In this document: positions 12,791-25,156 of the stretch, piece by piece | How positions within the stretch are numbered: position 1 is the first letter of the stretch | How the letters are laid out: the number at the start of each line of letters is the position of its first letter | Assembly: GCA_964016885.1 (NCBI GenBank) | Contig: OZ024743.1 | Span: 165,168,001 to 165,232,000 of the forward strand | Reading direction: 5' to 3' | DNA from: Eledone cirrhosa | Lineage: Eukaryota | DNA length: 64,000 bases | Notes under the pieces: generated by a model | Told to the model about the DNA's origin: nothing | The model's input: only the letters and a program-made list of their open reading frames with translations | Databases searched by the model: none | Made by a program: the position numbers and the translations under genes

Positions 12791-13357
12791 TGATCTCACC
12801 ACTTATTATGTCTTTTATAGACCTTTCTTTATCAGATATCTTCAACTTTCAGCATGCAATATTTTTCCACAAACCACTCACCATTTATTTACAGACCACA
12901 TTCATACAGACAGGGTTATCCACCCTGAGCTGTTGAGGTAACTGACTCTAAATGCTCAACCAGTTTTGCTATGCCTATCACACAAGTTAACATTGCAACA
13001 TTGTCGGTCCATTGAATCATGTTTGACTTGCTTCTCCTCAGAGTTAAATAGAAGTCCTACATTCAGTGTCCATGTTTTTATTGCCATGTAGCATGACAAT
13101 GGATGACAAGAGTGCCTTTATGCATGCCATTGAAGGAGCCACTCCACAGTCAATTCACCTGTTAGAAATAGCAGCCAAATCTCCCTGAAATCAAACCCTA
13201 CTGTCTTACAAAAAGGAGCTTAAAATATAAGGTCTTTATACACAGTGCCTAAAAAAAAGAGACATAATAGTCAACAGTTGGAATGCCTTTGACCATAGGT
13301 CTACTCAATTAAGACTGAGATGGGGTTTAATAACAATAACAACACTGAATGAGCAAA

Positions 13358-15170
13358 TCATCATCATCAGTTTTTACGTTCGTTTTTCCTTGCTCACATG
13401 GGTTGGATGGATTCTTTTCAGCACAGCATCTCTCCACTCATCACGTTCCTCTGTCATCTCTTCTGTGAGCCTCAGCAATTTGATATCAGCTCTCACCACC
13501 TCGACCCAGGTCTTCCTTGGTCTACTTCTACTGTGGCTTCCTTCAACTGGGATTTCCTGGCACTTCTTCACCCATTGGTCATCATCCATGTGCATCACAT
13601 GCCCATACCAAAGCAGTCTTCTCTCTTATACTTCTGATTCCAGTTTTTCCCTCAGTTCATATATTCTCTGCCTTTCTCTCACATTTACATTGTACATCCA
13701 ATGAAGCATGGTTACTTCATTTCTCTCCAGCCTACATATGTCCTCTGTAGTCATAGCCCATGTTTCACTACCATGCAGTATTGCACTTCGCACAGAGGCA
13801 TCATACTTCCATCTTTTTGTATGTAGGGAGAAGCCTTTTGTTGTCAAAAGTGGGAGTAGCTCTCTAAACTTCTTCCTTCCTATCCTTATTTTAGCTATTA
13901 TGCTCTCTGAGCACCCTCTTCCATTGCTAATTAAGTTATCTAGATAGCAGAAGCTATTAACCACTTCTATGGATCCTTCATGTGACTGGAAAAGATTTAT
14001 CACAGACACTCTTCCTCCTGCTGATTACTCGTGTGCATCTTCTACATACAAAGTCTTCCCTTCCTGTTAGTCTGCTTGTTATCTCACTACATCTCTTGTG
14101 AATCCAAGATTTACATTGTGTAGAACATATAGAGTTTATGCCTACTCTTTTTCTACATATTGAGCAATGCCACTTCCCTGAAGGAATCAGGGCCCTATCT
14201 CCTTTCCTACTTACTAACAGTTTGTTTTGGCTAAGTTTACTCTTAACCCTTTGAATTCCAAATTCTGTTTCCACAGTCAGAACATTTTTTCTAGTATTTT
14301 TATGGATTCAGTTATAAGGACCAGATCATCTGCATAGAGAAGTTCCTGTGGATAGCCGTAAACTCCTGTGATAGCCTAGAGAACTATAAGGAACAGCAAT
14401 GAACTGAGGACCAAAATCTGATGAACTCCTATTTGTACCTTGAATTCCTCACTAAACTCACTTCCTACACTCTCTCCTGACAGCTCCTCTGTACATGGCT
14501 TGAGCTGCTCTCAAAAGCCATTCTTCTACACCTAATTTCCTTAAGGACCATCAGATAATAGATCAAGGTACTGTCAAAGGCCTTTTCTAGATCAACAAAA
14601 GCTAAATGCAGCAGCTTATTCTTAGCTAGAAACTTCTATTGTAGTTGCCTCATTAAAAAGAGGGAATCTGTAGTACTTTTCCCAGGCATAGAACTAACTG
14701 CATCTCATCTAATTTGACTCTTTCCCTAATTAGCTGTGTTAGGACTCTTCCATCACTTTCATAATTTGATTTATTCCTCTGTAATTGCTCTTTTCTAAAA
14801 CATCAACTTTACCCTTGTAGCAATTTATGATTGTACTGCTGTGTCAGTCATTGGGTATGACTCCATCCTGTATTACCTGATTGACTGTGGGTTATTAGTT
14901 CCAGCTCCTACTTCACCCAATGCTTTCAGCATCTTGGAAGCTATCTCTGAGTCATGCAGCTTTACCATTCTTTATCTCCTTGATTGCTCCTTTGACCTTA
15001 TAACTGTCAATTTCAATAGCTGGTCCTTGTTGGATAAGTGTTGGGGGTAGTCTCTCTTCCTCCCATTCATTCGCTACATTCATCAATCTCTCATAGTAAC
15101 TTTTCCAGGCCTCTTTCTTTTGAGCACTAGTAGTGCTAAGCGCACCAATGTTATTTCTAACAACATCCTG
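13358..15170 (-). mobile_element. RTE LINE, PHD-containing lineage, decayed
   Basis: ORFs 13978..14274, 13626..14009 and 13374..13598 (GKWHCSICRK...WIHKRC...CRRC; LHGSETWA; RPRKTW), plus a (CAT)n tail. Confidence 0.9.
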
Positions 15171-15185
15171 ATATATATATACATA

Positions 15186-15788
15186 CTAGCTGAGGTACCC
15201 GGCTTCACCCAGAAGAACAGTTAAGAGAAGACAGATAATAGAGAAAATGACTGTATTGGATGTGTTGTCTAGTATGAGGTGAGACTGTAATGTGTGTGTG
15301 AGAGAGACATAAAAAAAAAACAATCATGAAACTTCCTTATTAGGCTGAGGGAGTAAACTACTGATTAAATGGTAGCATTGGCCTTAGATTTTAAATATTG
15401 TGAAATAACCATAGTCAGTATGATCTTTTTCAGCTCCAAAGGACGACATCTGAAATGCAGCAATATACCGCATACCATTGCTTCTGAAGTGTTTAGCTTC
15501 GTTAGTATGGACCGTAAGTAGTATATGGATAAAAGCTGGAGGGTAGATTAATTTCAAATAGTATCAATTTTTCTTTGTTCTGTAAAATCAAAAACTGTAA
15601 AACGACTTTATAAAAGTTCACGCAATATTGTTAAACCATCAACTGATATTTTTGTGGGACGTCACTCTCTCTCTCTGAATATATAACACTTTAATTGTAT
15701 CTCTCTCTTTAGATGTGTGTGTGTGTGTAGTTTTCATGTGATCCAACCAACCAACCAATAAACATCTTTCTTTTATATTATATAGAGA
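15186..15788 (-). mobile_element. Non-autonomous Helitron
   Basis: The minus strand starts TCTATATAATATAAAAG and ends in a hairpin (ctgggtgaagccggg) followed by CTAG-T. The ends match the helicase-bearing copy at 49210-49775. Confidence 0.7.
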
Positions 15789-16203
15789 TATCCATGAGTC
15801 ACGCACACTATTTAGGATCAGACTCCGTAATGTTAAGTGAAAGGGGGAGGATCCATGTCCTAGTTAGGATGTTAATCTATCACTGAATATCAATATTATC
15901 TCTTTTGATACCGAATCATGTGAAATAGCCCTTGGTTCTACTATACAAAACTATTTTAAAGTGTTTATCTAGAAATCTTTCATCATAATTTTATATAAGA
16001 ACCTTTGTTAAGTTATGTTCCAAATACCAGCTTAATGAGGAAAAAAATAGTTATATTATTAGTAATATAACCGAGGTTAACTTTGCCTTTCATCCTTACG
16101 GGGGTCGATAAAATAAAGTACCAGTAATGCACTGGGTAATTGCTGGCCTTGTGCCAAAAAAGTAGAAACAATTATTAGTAATATAACCTATCTATACTAT
16201 ATA

Positions 16204-16515
16204 GGGCGGTGGATTGGCAGTATTGGTAGAGGGTCAGGCGCCATGTTAGGGCGGTGGATTGGCAGTATTGGTAGAGGGTCAGGCGCCATGTTAGGGCGGT
16301 GGATTGGCAGTATTGGTAGAGGGTCAGGCGCCATGTTAGGGCGGTGGATTGGCAGTATTGGTAGAGGGTCAGGCGCCATGTTAGGGCGGTGGATTGGCAG
16401 TATTGGTAGAGGGTCAGGCGCCATGTTAGGGCGGTGGATTGGCAGTATTGGTAGAGGGTCAGGCGCCATGTTAGGGCGGTGGATTGGCAGTATTGGTAGA
16501 GGGTCAGGCGCCATG
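16204..16515 (+). repeat. Perfect tandem array, 7 x 45 bp, of the SINE-A head (gggcggtggattggcagtattggtagagggtcaggcgccatgtta)
   Basis: Units start at 16204, 16249, 16294, 16339, 16384, 16429 and 16474. The SINE body follows to ~16632. Confidence 0.95.
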
Positions 16516-16734
16516 CTTTATTCAAATTCCGCCGACGTTAACTTTGCCTTTCATCCTTACGGGGTCTATAAAATAAAGTACCAGTAATGCATTGGGATAA
16601 TTGCTGGCCTTGTGCCAAAAGTAGAAATAATTATTAAATCCCTCCAAATTATTGATCATTATAAGCATTATTTGAAAAGTATAGCCAGTATCTTTCATTA
16701 GAAATATAGTAATGAATGGATTAACCCTTTTTAA

Positions 16735-17680
16735 AATAATAATAATGAAATTATTGTGTACAGTGCTCAGGTGTACTACAACTCATCAAATGTGCATGTA
16801 AAGTACATAGAATAATCTTCAAATGTCAGGAAAATGAACAGTGTATGAGTCATGCAACACATGTGTGTGTGTGTAAAGAGGGGGCATATAAGGTGTAGTT
16901 TTGGCGAATTTCAGAAGGCATAGAGGTTTTAAAGGATGCAGTGTCTCGACAGCTAATAACTGATGCACGTAGTTTGTTCCATGCTTCAGCAACTCTGAGC
17001 ATGAAAAAATGTTTCAGAAAGTCAAGGGTGCTGTGCTGTTTTCTGACTTTGTAGGCATGCCCACGTGTGTTAGACACATGGAAATCAAAAAGGTGCTCAG
17101 GGTTGTTGTTGGCAAGATGGTTAATAATTTTGTGGGTGTTTACCAAGTCAGTTGCCAGACGTTGGAGCTTCAATGTATCCATGCCCAGGGAAGCAAGGCG
17201 TTCAAAGTATAGTAGATGCCTGATGGAGGGTATTCGCTTGGTTGCACGTCTCTGAACAGTTTCCAGGCGGTCAAAGTTCTGAGCAAGATGGGGGTTCCAG
17301 ACTGGTAATGCAAATTCTAAGTGTGGCCACACCATAGCTATATACAGCTTTAAATAGATAGCTGGAGAGCAGCTGACAAAGGTCTTGCTGAGTGATGCTA
17401 AGACACCCTCGGCCTTCTTGACAATTTTCTAGACGTGCTTCATCCAACGCAAATCGCTGCTGACAGTAATGCCCAGGTCACGTTCACAAGAAGACTTCTT
17501 GATATTAGTGTTGTGGAGGGAGTATGTGGACGCTGGGTTTTTCCTCCCAAAATGCATGATGGTACACTTGTCCAGAGCCAACTTGAGTTGCCAGTCCATG
17601 ATCCATTGCTGCATTGTGTCCAGGTCTGATTGCAGGAAAGATCTATAGTGTTCAGGATCTGTCCTTTTTATCTCAAGGTC
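16735..17680 (-). mobile_element. CR1-clade LINE, 3' fragment
   Basis: ORFs 17429..17614 and 16850..17335 (WQLKLALDKC, ERDLGI, PHLEFALPVWNP, LETVQRRATK, TRGH, AWNKL), with an (ATT)n tail. Confidence 0.9.
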
Positions 17681-18590
17681 CCAAACAAGCTGAAATTGCT
17701 CATGGTTCTACAATACAAAACTGTTTATTTTTAAATGTTTTCATTCTCCACTCTGTAAGGTGGTTGGGCTGGTGACACAACAAGAAAGTACCCAGTCCAT
17801 TCTGTAGATGGTCGTCCTGGTGCCACAAAAAAAAAAAAGCACTTTGTTAGATGGTCGTTTTGGTGTCACAATAAAAAGCACTCAATCCACGCTGTAATGT
17901 GGTTGGCATTAGGAAAGGCATCCAGCTGTAGAAAACAAGCCAGAAACAGTTCCATATGAGCAAGACACAGTCACCTGGCCTGACTTGTCTCATAATGTGA
18001 CAACCTGTCTAACTCATGCATGCATGGAAAATAAACATTAAACTATGGCAATGGTGATGATGATTTATCTAAAAACTTTCCACCATAATTTTGAATAAGA
18101 ACCATTATGTTCCCAACCCTAGCTTGATAATAAGAAAGTTAGTTATATTACTAAATCCATTCACACTTTTAATTCTTTTTCGCTTACTTATTCCTCAGAG
18201 GGTTGTGGGAGCAGAGTCATCAAACATTTCTTCCAGCGAGTCTGTCAGAAGCAACCATTTCCAACTGATCTGGCTGGATCCCCAAGCGAAATCAGCCGAG
18301 TTCATGGATGCTATCCAACCATTTTGCTCAGTCGACTCCTGGGTCTCATGCCGGTTGGTTTTGCCTGTAAAATCTGTCCAGTGATTCTTTCTTGAGACAT
18401 TCTAACCACATACCCATAGTATCAGAGCTGTGATCTCTCAATTTAGAGAAATAGCAACTCTACCAGAAACGACTCTCTGGTCTCTGAGCTATGCACTTTA
18501 ATTATTTTCAAAATAATTTGAAAAGACAGTGTCTTTCATTAAAAATATGGTAAGGAAAGAGTTATTTAAATGAAAAAATATGAAACCTAC

Positions 18591-18682
18591 TCAATTTCTA
18601 CACTGGATGTCTTTCTTTTCATATTGTTGATAATTTCACAAGAATTTGAGTCTTTCTGGGCCAGTTCATTTAGTTCTTGTTC
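18591..18682 (-). CDS. SCLT1: SCLT1-like exon 11: EQELNELAQKDSNSCEIINNMKRKTSSVEI(E)
   Basis: Acceptor ttctccatag|, donor GA|gtaggt. 92 nt, phase 0 to 2. Confidence 0.85.
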
Positions 18683-18899
18683 CTATGGAGAATGAAAGTA
18701 GGAGATAGGAAAATTTTAATGTTAATTGAAAAAGAAAAAATTAGATTTACAGCTTGCACCTATGGAACTTAACTAGCCTCCTTTAAGGTTACATCTAATA
18801 GGAAATTTGTTAGGTGTTTTAATGATAGGAACCCCAGTCATATGAAAAGCAAAGTGAAATGAAGTAGCTATACTGTATATATACAGATGTAAATTTATA

Positions 18900-18981
<82 letters not shown>

Positions 18982-18995
18982 TACATATATATATC
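18900..18995. repeat. (GT)n(AT)n microsatellite
   Basis: Directly visible. Similar tracts occur at ~22630, 27960-28018, 51186-51231 and 53965-54040. Confidence 0.95.
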
Positions 18996-19049
18996 CTCCA
19001 GAGTTCGACTGATGAAAAGGGACTGTCTAGTGTTTTGTCCATTTTTCCA

Positions 19050-19740
19050 TTGTCTTCACTCCCCTTTTTTATTGTCAACTATAGAAAGATACACAAGAAA
19101 TCTAGAGGCATCTCAGGCAGGATAACAAAGAATGTTGGTTATATGTGTGGCAGGTGCATATGAGCAGTAAGTAGCAAGCACCTGAATGAAACAGATGCCA
19201 TCAAATGCTCCAACAGCTCTTTAGAAGTGGTGAGTATTCTGAAAGTACAGCAGCTAGAGTGAGAACTGGGAGGAAAAAGTTCAGAGAACTGCTTTCTAAC
19301 TGGCTACAAAAGGCAGATTGTATGACACCTGTGAGAGGACTGCAATGCGGCAAGGAAGTGATACTTAGGTCCTGAATGCAGAGTATCTACAAAGATTGGA
19401 AAGAAATGAGGCGAACATGCTCCAATGGATGTGTAATATCAGTATGCATGAAGACGAAATATCAACAAACTGAGAAAAAAGCTGAAAATAAGGGATTAGA
19501 TGCAGTGAACAAAGAAGACTGCTGGTATGAACATATGATGCATATAACGGCTGCATAAAAATGTGTAGGGTGTTCAAAGTTGATGGAAACTGAGAAAGAT
19601 GTAGACCTAGGAAAGCTTGATGAGGTAAAAGCTGACCTCACAAAGCTGAAACTTATGAAGATGATGATACAGGATTAGGTTATCTGAAGACATGCTGTAT
19701 ACAACAGAATATTCTGCTTTCCAATATGAGCAAGGTGAAA
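19050..19740 (+). mobile_element. Old RTE remnant
   Basis: Degenerate gattggaaagaaatgaggcgaacatgctccaatggatgtgtaat block (RLERNEA.ML.WMCN). Confidence 0.7.
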
Positions 19741-20773
19741 TGCAAGCAAAGCGCAAAGTAGACAGACTCAATCCTCCTGTCCAAATTCCCACCTAACTCC
19801 CCATCCACTTTGCAAATGCCCCTTCAGCCACATTCTTTACCCTAACCACTTCCCTTGTCTAATCCATGCCAGCATAGAAAGAAAAAAGAAATGTCTGTTC
19901 TCTCCATATTGTTTCCATAAAGTCCATTTTTGGGGTTAAACAAATTGTTCCATTGTGAGACAAGCCAGGTCAGATGACCATCCCTTGCTCATACAGAACT
20001 GTCTCTGGCTTGGTTTCTATGGCTAGATGCCCTTCCTAATGCCAACCACATTTACAGTGTGTATTGGGTGCTTTTTGTTGTGAAACCTACAGGACCACTT
20101 TACAGTGTAGGTGAGGTGCTTTTTGTTGTGACACTTACACGACCACTTTACAGCATGGGCTGTGTGCTTTTTGTCATGTTATCTACATGACCATTTTACA
20201 GTGTGGATTGGGTGCTTTTTGTCGTGTCACCTACATGACCACTTTACAGTGTGAGCGCTTTTTGTAGTGACACCAGTATATATTATATATAAAACACAAT
20301 TTTTTGTGCAACCCATGCCAATATGGAAAGCCAAGCACATATCACATCAGATTTTACCTATATCCCTCAGGATCACTCCTATGACCCACCAATTCCTTCT
20401 ATAGTAGGTTGTTTCCCCCATCAGCAGGCAGCATATAGCATGCACCCCTCCCATCAACAGCCTCCTCAGTCTGACACACAGAACAGCCTAATGTTGTAAT
20501 GAGGTAATGCTGATGTCACAATAATAAGTACCAAATCCACCCTGTAAGGCGGTAATGCTGGCATCATGACAACAGCAACCAGTCCACACTGTAAGGAAGT
20601 AGCACTGGTGCCGTGAAAAAAAGCACTCAGTGCAACCAGTAGAGTGTTCCTACTGGTGCCATAACAAAAATAAGCACCCAGTCCATCCTTTAAGGCAGTA
20701 GTCCTGATGCTATGAAAAATGCTCCCAGTACACATTGTAAGGTGGTTTGAGTTAGGAAAGGCATCTAGCTGTC

Positions 20774-22512
20774 ATCATCATCATCACCGTTTTACGTCCG
20801 TTCTTCCACGCTAGCATGGGTTAGACGGGTTGTCCTGTTGTGGGCAGTGTCTGGTCGGCTGACCATGCCTTGCTCACACAGGAACTAATTTTGGCTTGAT
20901 TTCTACAGCTGGATGCCCTTCCTAACACCAACCTCATTTACAGTGAGTGCTGGGTGCTTTTTTTCCATGGCGCCTACACGTCTACTTTACAGTGTGGGCT
21001 GGGTGCTTTTTTGCCGTGACACCTCCAAGACCACTTTGCAGTGGGAGGGTGTGGGGCATATTGTCTATATGCTTCAGCTTGTACCCATGGGAGGTCAGGT
21101 ACTCTGTATTACTGCGTGACGCCAGAGGTCACGGTCCTGTGTCATCGCCTTTGAGAGGTGTAATTGGGTAAGGTCGGCTTTTATCACCTCATCCCAAGTC
21201 TTTTTGGGTCTCCCCACTCCGCGGTTACCAATGACTTCTAGTGCTCTGCACCTTTTTATGCAGCTGTCATCCTTCATACGCATCACATGTCCATACCAGC
21301 GCAACCACCTCTCCTGCACACAGCATTTGATTCCTCTTATGCCTAGTCTCTCTCTCAGTTCATCTATGCTTTGTCGTTCACGTATATTACTATTACACAT
21401 CCATTGGAGCATGCAGGCTTCGTTTCTTTCTAATCTACGTAAGTCTTCCACCTTCAGCGCCCAGGTCTCACTACCATGTAACATTGCTGTTCGTATACAC
21501 GCATCAAACAGTCTGCCTTTCATTTTGAGGGAAAAGCCTTTTGCAGCTAACAGTGGCAGTAGTTCCCTGAACTTCTTCCATCCCGTTCTAACCCTAGTTA
21601 TTGTACTTTCTGAACACCCAACTCCGCTGCTAATTCGGTCACCTAGGTAGCAGAAGCTGTCTACTGTTTCTACAGAGCCCTCCCAGAGATTGGTGGTGCT
21701 TGTTTCCTGTGGCTGTTTGCTGCTTGCTGTCCCAGCACAGCTGCTACATGTGAAGACTACATTCTTAATTAAGCTTCCTGAGATCCCGCTACATCTCTTG
21801 TGTACCCATTGTTTGCATTTGGGGCAGAGAATGGAGTTCCTACCTACACCTTTCCTACATACTGAGCAAGGCCATTTCCCTGAGGGGATCTGGGTTCTGT
21901 TTTCTAGTCTACTTACAAGGACCTTAGTCTTTGTCAGGTTGACTTTGAGACCCTTTCTTTCTAGTCCCTGCTTCCAAGTTTGGAATTTCTTCTCTAGTTC
22001 TACCATAGATTCAGCTATAAGTGCGAGGTCATCTGCATACAGGAGTTCCCATGAGCATCCGGTCTTAAACTCCTCTGTTATTGCCTGCAGGACTATGATG
22101 AACAGGAGAGGGCTAAGAACAGAGCCCTGGTGGACACCAATCCGTATGCTAAATTCCTCGCTATACTCATTGCTAATCCTAACTTTGCTGACTGCTCCCC
22201 TATACATGGCTTGTACAGCTTTCACAAGCCATTCATCTACTAGTTTTCTAAGAACCCACCAGATTATAGCACGTGAACTCTGTCAAAGGCTTTCTCGAGA
22301 CCGACGAATGCCAGGTAGAGTGGCTTACTTTTAGCTAGGTACTTTTCCTGTAACTCCCTCACAAGGAAGAGGGCATCAGTGATGCCTCTTCCTGGTACAA
22401 ACCCAAATTGCATCTCATCTAGTTTCACCCGGTCCCTAATCAACTGTGCTATAACTCTTTCTGTTACTTTCATGACCTGGTCCATCAGCTTTATACCTCT
22501 ATAGTTTCCTCT
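20774..22512 (-). mobile_element. RTE LINE family B (RT with embedded PHD finger), 5'-truncated, relatively young
   Basis: The 376-aa ORF 21095..22225 has HQGSVLSP, LLYADD, C4HC3 and FCYLG. The 3' UTR ends in (GAT)n. Confidence 0.95.
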
Positions 22513-22627
22513 AGAAAACCAATTCAAGAACAGACCATATGAGCAAAATATGTCTAGTGACAGCTCATCTAACCTATAAAAGCATGAACAATAGACGTTA
22601 AACCATGATGTTGATGGTGGTATATAT

Positions 22628-22664
<37 letters not shown>

Positions 22665-22818
22665 AGAGAGAGATAGAGATAGATAGATAGATTTATTTAT
22701 TTACTCCTGAGAGGATTTGGACCCATATCATTAAAACACCTAAGAGAGTTCCTATGAGACACAAATTCAGGCGTGAGTTAATTTCATTTTTTTCCACTTC
22801 ATATTCACACTTATCTAC

Positions 22819-22909
22819 CTTCCATTTTAGTTTTCTCTTGATTTCTTCAATTGCAGTTTGTAAAGTATCATTATTGACTTTCAAGTTCATTAATTCTTTC
22901 TCTTTTTCC
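22819..22909 (-). CDS. SCLT1: SCLT1-like exon 10: EKEKELMNLKVNNDTLQTAIEEIKRKLKWK
   Basis: Acceptor ttttctacag|, donor AAG|gtagat. 91 nt, phase 2 to 0. Partly visible in ORF 22693..22890. Confidence 0.88.
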
Positions 22910-23619
22910 CTGTAGAAAAAAAAAAATCAAAAATTTTTTTTCACCAAACAGGACATTATATGAGACAAGTGTTTAAGGCCATTTTCCCTGCCAAAGAAAA
23001 GGTTAGCATTACAAGCCTCGTGATAGGCCTCATAATTATCTTGGGGTCTTTTTCAAGTAAATGTTTTATGGTCCTTCTTGGTGTCAACTGTTTTAGTCAT
23101 CTCTTATAACATACATGGATACTTTTAAACCAGATACACACAGGAGGACATTACATGAAATGAATTAGAATATATCATTTAATATGCACCGTGTGATATA
23201 GTTGTATTTTGTATTGTATGGTCCCGTAACTCCTTAGAGTCGTAGGGGCACCGTATTAACATATGGCGTTTGGGGGCATTTTATAGCCTGGTGGAGCCTA
23301 TCCCTCTCCTGGCCTGAATACAGCAGATTTCTTCTAGAGAAAGGAAGAATCGACCCCAGTACTAGACTGGTACTTTTTTCATAGACCTTGAAAGGATGAA
23401 AGGCAAAGTTGACCTAGGCAGGATTTGAACTCAGAGTGCAGAGAGCCAGAATGAATACCATAAAGCATTTTATCCGATGTTCTAAAGACCGCTAATTCAC
23501 CGCCTGTAGTAGAGTGACTTTAATACAACACAGAATAGCTTTCTGTCTTTCATTCTGAATATTAATGTCAATATCTATTCATATATTACATTGCAGTTTA
23601 GAGAAAATATCTAAGTAAA

Positions 23620-24140
23620 AGTGTTGTTTTTTTAATTTATTTGTAAGGTGTTGAGGAAGAGGCAATGCCAAAGGCCTTCACAGGCCCTCCAAGACCAGTG
23701 TAATTGATGCTGTTGATGTTCCACTTAAAAAATTGAAAATCAACTCCTGTAGGAGAAAAACATGAGCAGGGCAGGAAAGAAATTCCAGAAGGAAGACATT
23801 CTGGGCAGGAAGGACTAGGCATAGTGATTAGTGTGGTGGGAAGTTGGACACAACATGGGTGATGACATGAGCGATGAGTGAGAAGTGCCTCAGCTGAAGT
23901 GCAGCATGAGACTAGCCAGATACAAGAAGCAGAGGCCATTGTTGTAGAAGTAGAGAGAACAGCACATCTGTAAGCCAGAGGCTAGAGTGTGTGAGTGATC
24001 TCAAGTAGTCAAGTGGCTTTTCTCTGGATGCAGCCTAGATGTGGGAGCAGTAGTCCTGTCTGGAGTTGAACTTTGAAGGTAAAATAGTTTAACTAAGTAC
24101 AGCAAGTCAGTACTTGAAAATGATTGAAAACAAGAATAAT
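23620..24140 (-). mobile_element. Old CR1/L2-like LINE 3' remnant
   Basis: The minus-strand peptide ...FSPTGVDFQFFKWNIN resembles the CR1/L2 ORF2 C-terminus; highly decayed. Confidence 0.4.
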
Positions 24141-24771
24141 TATTTTTAAAAAGTACAACAATGATAATAACAATAAACCAGCCAAAAAAGGAGCCACAAT
24201 GCAATCACTCAAGATGCAAGAAATAGCAGCCAAATCTCACTAAAATTATACAATACCATCTTCAAAGAAGGACATATTGTATAATGTAGTCCTGGAGATA
24301 TAATGTCTGGAAAAAGACATTATATGCCTTTGATCATAGATTTGCTGAATTAGGGTTGACCTGAGGCTGAACAACAACAGCATTAAGAAAAATATAATTA
24401 TCAAATGATGAGCTGACTGAAAAAGCATTATGGAATTTTAAATTTGAAAATATAGTTGTTACAATGCAGATAATATAACGTTTTTCTATCTCTAGGAGTA
24501 CTTTACCCAATTTATTCAACTATTTTTTTATAATTCATCATCATCATCATTTAACGTCCATTTTCCATGCCAGCATGGGTTAGACAGGTTGTCCCATTAG
24601 AGGCAAGTCAGGTCAGGTGACCATGTCTTGCTTATATAGAACTGTTTCTGGCTAGGTTTATACAGCTGGATGCCCTTCTTAATGCCAACCACAAATTATC
24701 AACTATCATTATAGTTATCTGCATTGTGGAGTCTATATTTTCAAATTATAATTATTAAGTTATACAACTTA

Positions 24772-25080
24772 CGACCGGACGCACGATAGAAGACGTTCGT
24801 TACCGCTGGAGCAACGCAAATTACTCCTCGGTTGACGCCAACAACGAGCGCCTTCCCGCCCGGGCGACGTAAAAGTCTGTAGCCTTTTCGCCGAACGCCT
24901 CGCGCCGCCTTCTCCTCGCCTATTTTTTTCCTTTGCTTTTCGTTCTCTCGACGCTTCCGTCGCGGCAAAAGAATTGCCTTTCCAGACCGCTGCCGCCGTC
25001 GCCCGACAACAGAAAACAAGGGCGGTGCCCCAGCATGGCCTCAGCCGGATGGCTGAAACAGGTAAAAGAGTAAAAGAGTA
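24772..25080 (+). mobile_element. Young CpG-rich retroposon 3' fragment ending in the octopus SINE/LINE tail (ggcggtgccccagcatggcc...gaaacaggtaaaagagtaaaagagta)
   Basis: Abrupt GC/CpG-rich island, a short open frame ending at TAA near 24871, and a tandem (GTAAAAGA) tail that abuts the exon 9 donor. Confidence 0.7.
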
Positions 25081-25085
25081 ACTAC

Positions 25086-25156
25086 CTGAGATTTTTCTGT
25101 AAAGGTTCCACTTCAGCAACAATTGATTGTACTGAAGAATAATACTGGTTCTTCAT
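25086..25156 (-). CDS. SCLT1: SCLT1-like exon 9: MKNQYYSSVQSIVAEVEPLQKNL(R)
   Basis: Acceptor tgttttcaaag| (AAG type), donor CAG|gtagtt. 71 nt, phase 0 to 2. Similar to human TNQQFLKTVTEQSVIIEQLRKKLR. Confidence 0.85.

Noticed and set aside
16204-16515. Possible CRISPR-like array, or repeat proteins (ORFs 16175..16525, 16197..16514, 16243..16587)
   Set aside because: There are no spacers; the units are contiguous copies of a SINE head. The ORFs exist only because 45 is a multiple of 3.
18773-19163. YI-repeat ORFs
   Set aside because: They are translations of an (AT)n microsatellite.
21204-22334. Long antisense ORFs over RTE copies (also 46111..46923 and 52115..52837)
   Set aside because: These are shadow frames of RT coding sequence with no independent motifs.
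24741-25122. CpG island promoter or Arg-rich gene (ORFs 24741..25019, 24769..25122)
   Set aside because: The GC-rich block ends in a retroposon tail and lies in an intron. The ORFs are antisense read-throughs.
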